Shown piece by piece: positions 58,253 to 64,000 of a stretch of DNA of 64,000 bases. A program made the translations under genes and the position numbers. Position 1 is the stretch's first letter. Every line of letters starts with the position of its first letter. The notes beneath the pieces are model-generated. The model was not told the DNA's origin. It made no database searches and saw only the letters and a list, made by a program, of their open reading frames with translations. The DNA is from Bacteroidota bacterium (lineage in GTDB: Bacteria; Bacteroidota; Bacteroidia; Chitinophagales; LD1): positions 5,463 to 69,462 of the forward strand of contig CANJVG010000002.1 in assembly GCA_947478005.1 (NCBI GenBank). The letters are read 5' to 3'.

Positions 58253-59281
58253 TTAGTCATCCATCAAAAAAGTAAACGTATCCATTTTCTTTAGTGCAAT
58301 ACCGGTGCCGCGTACTACAGCACGCAACGGATCTTCGGCTACGTGAACGGGCAGTTTTGTTTTCTGGCTGATACGTTTATCAAGACCGCGTAACAAGGCG
58401 CCACCTCCAGTAAGATATAAACCGGTTCTAAAAATATCAGCTGCCAACTCAGGGGGAGTGGTTTCTAAAGCTTTTAAAATCGCCTCTTCAATTTTCGAAA
58501 TGGATTTATCAATAGCGTGTGCAATTTCTGAATAAGAAACAATAATCTGCTTTGGAATACCGGTCATCAAATCTCTTCCATTCACCGGATAATCATCTGG
58601 CGGAACGTCAATATCGGTTAACGCAGAGCCTACATGTATTTTTATCATCTCGGCTGTTCTTTCGCCTATGAGCATGTTATGCTGTCTGCGCATGTAATCC
58701 ACAATGTCGAGTGTAAACTCATCCCCTGCTACGCGAATACTCTGGTCACATACAATCCCAGAAAGCGCAATCACGGCAATCTCGGTAGTTCCACCACCAA
58801 TATCAATAATCATATTCCCGTTCGGTTCTTCTACATCAATTCCGATTCCAATTGCAGCGGCCATTGGTTCGTGAATCATTTTTACATCCTGCCCGCCTGC
58901 TTGTTCTGCCGAATCTTTTACTGCACGTTTTTCTACTTCGGTAATGCCCGATGGAATACAAATAACCATTCGATAGCGTGGAGGGAAAAATGGTTTTTTA
59001 TCTCCGTAAATCATAGCTATCATTTCGCGAATCATACTTTCTGCTGCCCGGAAATCTGCTATTACACCATCCTTTAGCGGGCGTACGGTTTTAATATTTG
59101 CGTGTGTTTTTTCGTGCATCTGCATCGCCTTGGTACCTACAGCTATCACCTTATCTGTTCTGCGGTCAATCGCTACAATGGATGGTTGATCAACGACTAC
59201 TTTATCGTTATGAATTATCAAGGTATTGGCAGTGCCAAGGTCAATGGCTATTTCCTGCGTTAAAAAATTGAACAAAGCCAT
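58253..59281 (-). CDS. mreB: rod shape-determining actin-like protein MreB
   Basis: Motifs IDLGTANT, PLKDGVIADF, IDIGGGTTE and LTGGGALL. ATG at 59281. Confidence 0.97.
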   Translation of the reverse strand: MALFNFLTQEIAIDLGTANTLIIHNDKVVVDQPSIVAIDRRTDKVIAVGTKAMQMHEKTHANIKTVRPLKDGVIADFRAAESMIREMIAMIYGDKKPFFPPRYRMVICIPSGITEVEKRAVKDSAEQAGGQDVKMIHEPMAAAIGIGIDVEEPNGNMIIDIGGGTTEIAVIALSGIVCDQSIRVAGDEFTLDIVDYMRRQHNMLIGERTAEMIKIHVGSALTDIDVPPDDYPVNGRDLMTGIPKQIIVSYSEIAHAIDKSISKIEEAILKALETTPPELAADIFRTGLYLTGGGALLRGLDKRISQKTKLPVHVAEDPLRAVVRGTGIALKKMDTFTFLMDD

Positions 59282-59408
59282 GCTTTGATATAGGGGTTTT
59301 GAAGAGATTTTGAATTGCGGACAAAGAAGTGAAAAACTTATTACACTTAACAAAAAGCGGGGAACAAAAATTCACAAAAGTGTAAACCAATTTTTGATGC
59401 CCAAATTC

Positions 59409-60044
59409 TCAATCTCCATTCAGGTGTTTGGCAATCGCTATTTCTGCGTTTTTCAAGTTAGCCTCTGTCACAAAAACGGCCTCTCCCACATGAACTATAA
59501 TTTCTGAAAACAAAGCAGGAATAATTTTCCTATCCCAACCGCCCAGGCGCCAGGTTCGGCTGCACGAAAAATGCAGGGACGTAACGGGCACTTGCGCATC
59601 GCGGCTCATCAAAAGCGCTCCGGGCTTTAACTCATGTACAGGACCGGCCGGACCATCGCTGGCTATTGTGGTAGAGTAACCTTGCTTTAAAAACCCAATC
59701 ACTTTTTCGAGCGCGGCCTTGCCGCTGTTTCCACTGCTGCCAAGGCAGATGTGCTCTACCCCCGTAATGCGCAGCAGCACATGCACTGGTTTCATATACC
59801 AGGCAGGGTGGTTCATCCAAACCTGCTTGGTTACCCGATTAAAAACGACAAAATGAAGCACCAGACTTTCATGCCAGATGCAATATACCACTGGAGCGTT
59901 TTGCGGTAGAGGCGCACCGGCAAATTTTATTTTGCAGCTCGCTCTCATCAGTTTCGAATAGACATAAAACAAACCTCCGAGGCTATAACCGAAAATCAGA
60001 AAGAAAGGTTTGAGGTACCAGGGAATATTATCTACGCGAAGCAT
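59409..60044 (-). CDS. DUF374 / lysophospholipid acyltransferase-like protein
   Basis: Motifs YCIWH, GSS, SDGPAGP...KPG and WDR...P. Confidence 0.8.
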   Translation of the reverse strand: MLRVDNIPWYLKPFFLIFGYSLGGLFYVYSKLMRASCKIKFAGAPLPQNAPVVYCIWHESLVLHFVVFNRVTKQVWMNHPAWYMKPVHVLLRITGVEHICLGSSGNSGKAALEKVIGFLKQGYSTTIASDGPAGPVHELKPGALLMSRDAQVPVTSLHFSCSRTWRLGGWDRKIIPALFSEIIVHVGEAVFVTEANLKNAEIAIAKHLNGD

Positions 60045-60098
60045 AGAATGAAAATAGGAAAGAAGCGAAGGACTTTTAGACCGGAAAGGGAGCTGTCA

Positions 60099-60554
60099 TT
60101 ATTCATCCTCGTCTCCCTCGCCTTGCACCTTTTTCAACAACTCGCCCTTGTCTGAAAAAGTAGCTTCATAGTTTTTGTTGCCCTTAAACGCGGTTATCGA
60201 ATAGGTTATTCCTTCGGGCGATTCCACTTCATAGGTTTCCTGCACCTTGTAGCCTTCAAATTCTTTTTCATAGGTGCTCTGTACTTTTTGCGGCAGGGCA
60301 CCAAAATTCAGTTGGGTTTCGGTTTCTAACCATTTGCCGCTTCTGTCAAACAGGGCGCTTTGGGGTTTCTTGCCGTTATAAAAATCTACATCAAAAGCAT
60401 TGCCTTCTTTACTCCAGCTGGGCTGCGAGCCATTGGGAAATTTTTGTTTGAAAGCATTGGCCGCTGCGGCAGGCACTTTGTCCATAGTCAGTGTCTGAGC
60501 AGGGCAATAGCTTACCGCTGCGGCAATAAACAATAGTAGAAGAAGATGTTTCAT
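60099..60554 (-). CDS. PepSY-like domain periplasmic protein
   Basis: Signal peptide and two repeats of VP...F...P...W...FD..G. Confidence 0.8.
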   Translation of the reverse strand: MKHLLLLLFIAAAVSYCPAQTLTMDKVPAAAANAFKQKFPNGSQPSWSKEGNAFDVDFYNGKKPQSALFDRSGKWLETETQLNFGALPQKVQSTYEKEFEGYKVQETYEVESPEGITYSITAFKGNKNYEATFSDKGELLKKVQGEGDEDE

Positions 60555-60587
60555 GCCGATAAAATTAAAAACAAAAAGAAGAATAGC

Positions 60588-62135
60588 TTACTTAAAAAGT
60601 GATTGCAGCTTCATAGCCACACTCATATCGCCTTTCACTTTTATTTTGCCGCTCATAAAAGCCGTCATAGGGTTTACGCTGCCGGTCATCATGCCCAGCA
60701 AATCCTCCTGTGACACACCAATAACGCAGTCTGCTTCTTTATCTTCGGTAGAAACCAAATTGCCGGCTCCGGTGCCGTCTAAATAAATTTTGTGGTCGCC
60801 AAAATCGAATTTCAATGTTTTGCCCAATGCGGGAGCTTTAGAGGCGCTTGCTGTCAAATTTTCAAGAAGAGTTTCGAATGCCATTTTGGTTGAATTTTGA
60901 GGTTTATTAATTGTTTGTTTTGGTTGACTTGGTTGAGTATCGCTTTTAGCGTAGTTGATTGTGAGGCCTTTGTTTTCGTATTGTTTATCCTCAATAATCA
61001 TTTTGGCAATAATCTCGCGCATAATTTCTGACGAACCTCCGCCAATAGTAAGAATTCTACTGTCGCGGAACATGCGGGCCATTTTGTATTCTTCCATATA
61101 ACCGTAGCCGCCAAAACTTTGCAAACACTGATACGCTACTTTATCGCTTAGCTCGGTAGCCAACAGTTTTGCCATGCTGCTTTCTTTCACCACATACTCG
61201 CTATCGTTATGCAGGCGACAGCAGTGGTAAACAAATTGCTTGGTGCATTCAATTTCGGCAGCCAACTGTGCCATGCGGTGGCGCAATACCTGAAACTTGT
61301 TGATAGAACGGCCAAATGCCTGGCGTTCGCTCATATATTGCAGCGTATAGTCCATCGCATTTTCGCAACCGGCAATGGCGGAGATAGCACCGGTGAGACG
61401 CTCTAACTGCAAACCGCCCATTAGATAAATAAAGCCCTGGCCTTCTTCACCAATCAAATTTTCAGCAGGCACCTTTACGTTGTCGAAAAATAATTCGGCA
61501 GTATCAGAAGCATGCCAGCCGAGCTTCTTCAATTTCTTGGCACTTACTCCCGCGGCATTTCGGTCAATAATTAAAAGACTAACGCCTTCAAAGCTTTTAC
61601 TGGTAGAAGCATCTGTCTTAACAACAGCAACGATATAGTCGCCATAGACTGCGTTGGTGATAAATGTTTTTGAACCGTTTACAACATAGTGGTCGCCTTC
61701 GCGCACTGCCCTTGTTTTAATATTTTGCACATCGCTTCCGGCACCCGGCTCGGTAATGCCTATACACGAAACCAATTCTCCCTTAATTGTAGGCACCAGA
61801 TATTTTTGCTTTATCAATTCGGAAGCATGCTTGTATAAATAAGGCGTGCTCATGTATTGAATAACCAATGGCGTAACGGCAAAACCACCGCTCCATACCT
61901 TAGCTACTTCTTCGCAAAAAATTACAGAATACCAGAAATCAGCAGCTTCGCCACCATACTCAGTGCTGTAGTTGAGGCCGAGATAACCCATCTCGCCAAA
62001 CTTTTTCCAAATCTCTTTGGGTATGCGTTGTTGCTCTTCCCATTGGTCAATGTTGGGCACTACTTCGCGTTGCAAAAAATCTTTTAGCCCTTGGCGGAAG
62101 AGGTCGTGCTCTTCGGTAAAATAGTAGCTTTTCAT
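60588..62135 (-). CDS. acyl-CoA dehydrogenase fused to a C-terminal SCP2 sterol-binding domain
   Basis: ITEPGAGSD, NGSKTFITN, FGGYGY and IGGGSSEIM, then an SCP2 tail NPMTAFMSGKIKVKGDMSVAMKL. Confidence 0.9.
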   Translation of the reverse strand: MKSYYFTEEHDLFRQGLKDFLQREVVPNIDQWEEQQRIPKEIWKKFGEMGYLGLNYSTEYGGEAADFWYSVIFCEEVAKVWSGGFAVTPLVIQYMSTPYLYKHASELIKQKYLVPTIKGELVSCIGITEPGAGSDVQNIKTRAVREGDHYVVNGSKTFITNAVYGDYIVAVVKTDASTSKSFEGVSLLIIDRNAAGVSAKKLKKLGWHASDTAELFFDNVKVPAENLIGEEGQGFIYLMGGLQLERLTGAISAIAGCENAMDYTLQYMSERQAFGRSINKFQVLRHRMAQLAAEIECTKQFVYHCCRLHNDSEYVVKESSMAKLLATELSDKVAYQCLQSFGGYGYMEEYKMARMFRDSRILTIGGGSSEIMREIIAKMIIEDKQYENKGLTINYAKSDTQPSQPKQTINKPQNSTKMAFETLLENLTASASKAPALGKTLKFDFGDHKIYLDGTGAGNLVSTEDKEADCVIGVSQEDLLGMMTGSVNPMTAFMSGKIKVKGDMSVAMKLQSLFK

Positions 62136-62182
62136 TTCATGGTTGAATTAAGGGCGGCAAATATAGCGGAGGAAAGTATTCT

Positions 62183-63469
62183 TCAAACCGAATGGGCAAA
62201 GCTTATGTTCTCATTGGCCGTTACACTCAATTCAGTTTTATAGAACCAGGCGGCTGCAATGCCGGTGGTGGCAAAATAAACAGCCACTAATAAAGAGCCG
62301 AACGGAAGAAAAGTATTTAATCCAAACCAATCATCTTGGGATATGCAGAAAGCTACAATACCAATAGAAACCAGTGCCAGGCTGGCAATGCCGTATTGTT
62401 TTTTATCGAGCAAAGAAGTGAAGCCGAAAATAGCGAGTAACAAAAATATCCCGTTGATAAGCGCTTCGGTCTTTGTGATTTCGCCAAAGCGGAAAAACAA
62501 AAAGCACAGCAACAAAAAGATGACGCTTAAATAAACTATACTAAAAGCACGAAAAGCATTGCTGTAAACGGGATTGTATTTTTTCAACTCATCCATTTTG
62601 TGGATGGTAAACAGCGGATATTTTTCTAGCACATCAGCTGGCCGCCAGCCGGTAGGCATAAACCAGATGCGGAATTTATCGCCCAAATTCTGCGTATGCC
62701 AGGCATCCACAGCCAGTGTATACCAGTGCTTGAAGTTAATGATATATGGATTCCAAGTATGGGCCGGTCTGCGCATGCCATAAACGCAGGGTTCGCTAGT
62801 GAGCTCTGTCTGATAGGTGCCAAACATTCTATCCCAGACAATAAAAATTTGGCTATAGTTTTTATCCATGTAAATATCGTTCATAGCATGATGCACTCGG
62901 TGAGCAGAAGGAGTAACAATTATGTATTCGAGAAAACCGAGCCGACCGATATAGCGGGTGTGATACCAGAACTGACTGAATAAATGAATGGGTCCGACCA
63001 AGACAAGTACCTCACCAGGTATGCCAATCAGAGCCATAGGCACCAACATAATGGTATAGATGTTGGTCATTACTGCAATTTGTTGGCGAAGGGCGCAAGG
63101 AAGATTAAACTCTTCGCTGCTATGATGCACCAGATGATGGCTCCAAAAAAAATTGACGCGGTGCTGTAAACGATGCGCCCAGTACCCGGTGAAATCGAAA
63201 AATACAAACACGATAATATAAGGCCAGATACTTCCCTTGCTCCATTCCATCAAATGCAGGTGCTCTTGCATAAAGCCGTACGAAACAATAACGATGGTTA
63301 AGCCCAAAGTTGATTTCAGAATATTGGTCATGCCGGAGGTTAAACTCGATATGGTATCAATAATCGGTTGCTGCTCGTTGTACTTTATTCTTCCCCAAAT
63401 CATTTCCAGAATGATGAGCAGCAAAAAAACCGGCATGGCAATCAGGAGTATGTTTCCGTAAGCGTTCAT
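62183..63469 (-). CDS. sterol desaturase / alkylglycerol monooxygenase family protein
   Basis: His boxes YWAHRLQH, HLVHHSSEE and HRVHH, plus WDRMFGT. Confidence 0.88.
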   Translation of the reverse strand: MNAYGNILLIAMPVFLLLIILEMIWGRIKYNEQQPIIDTISSLTSGMTNILKSTLGLTIVIVSYGFMQEHLHLMEWSKGSIWPYIIVFVFFDFTGYWAHRLQHRVNFFWSHHLVHHSSEEFNLPCALRQQIAVMTNIYTIMLVPMALIGIPGEVLVLVGPIHLFSQFWYHTRYIGRLGFLEYIIVTPSAHRVHHAMNDIYMDKNYSQIFIVWDRMFGTYQTELTSEPCVYGMRRPAHTWNPYIINFKHWYTLAVDAWHTQNLGDKFRIWFMPTGWRPADVLEKYPLFTIHKMDELKKYNPVYSNAFRAFSIVYLSVIFLLLCFLFFRFGEITKTEALINGIFLLLAIFGFTSLLDKKQYGIASLALVSIGIVAFCISQDDWFGLNTFLPFGSLLVAVYFATTGIAAAWFYKTELSVTANENISFAHSV

Positions 63470-63550
63470 GGCTTTATAGTTTGTACTGTAATTATCGGAA
63501 ATTTTCTGTGACTAAGGGCAGCGGTTGTTTCTGTAAAGATAAGATCGTCT

Positions 63551-64000
63551 TTATTGCACTACCAGTTTTTTGTGCGTGTTATTGCCCGCTTTATCGTTTA
63601 GTTCTACTCGGTAAAAACCAGCCATCAGATTATGGATGTCAATGGTTTCGGAATCTTCTATAAGTGTCTTTTGCAAAACAAGCCGACCGTTCATATCAAA
63701 AATTGAGAGGTTAAATTCGCCTTGCTCTTTCATGATTTTTAACTGTGATGAGGCTGGGTTGGGAAACATGCGAAACGTAATAGCTTCAGTCTTTTCTATG
63801 CCGGTTGAACAAGCTGAGCGTTTACCAAGCAGATATAAAGCAGCCGATGTAATTGCCGGCTCTACACAACCACCATGAGTTAAAGCACCGAAGTTCTGTA
63901 TCTGTATGTTCGGAGCACCATTAGCTCTCCATGCCGAGTCGGCACGAACGGCATTGAGGTAATTTACCTGCTCATCGTTGGTGCAGTAATGAATCTTTAC
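63551..64000 (-). CDS. 3' end of a T9SS type A secreted protein (possibly a hydrolase), truncated by the window
   Basis: The frame is open to the window edge: VKIHYCTNDEQV...THGGC...MFPNPASSQL...GFYRVEL...KKLVVQ. Confidence 0.8.
   Translation of the reverse strand, partial: VKIHYCTNDEQVNYLNAVRADSAWRANGAPNIQIQNFGALTHGGCVEPAITSAALYLLGKRSACSTGIEKTEAITFRMFPNPASSQLKIMKEQGEFNLSIFDMNGRLVLQKTLIEDSETIDIHNLMAGFYRVELNDKAGNNTHKKLVVQ

Overview
Bacteroidota-type chromosomal window (T9SS cargo proteins, a TAnnTTTG promoter element, AT-rich leaders). Core genes are coaX-OMP-lptC, queA, fahA, recA with a candidate CTAA-N5-TTAG SOS box, purH/purN, a wbpB-asnB-GT4 glycan cluster, M42/M23 peptidases, an amidase, mreB-mreC-mreD-mrdA-rodA, an acyl-CoA dehydrogenase-SCP2 fusion and a sterol-desaturase-family gene, plus three very large PKD/SprB secreted proteins. 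I recognised no rRNA, tRNA, cas gene or transposase. The main unexplained structure occurs four times in accessory pockets: an orphan 160-245 aa gene without a signal peptide sits beside a ~190-240 bp degenerate array with 21-bp period (6284-6497, 18047-18280, 42526-42741, 53104-53292). Each array has its own consensus. The two related genes (6716 and 52305) have upstream arrays of palindromic units. The two unrelated genes (18281 and 42830) have downstream direct-repeat arrays followed by C/A-rich tracts. Other oddities are a (AC)18 microsatellite within a 49-bp alternating purine-pyrimidine tract, two neighbouring genes each broken by one in-frame stop, and a dense cluster of REP-like hairpins at 40.0-40.7 kb. 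All calls come from reading the sequence; no searches were run.
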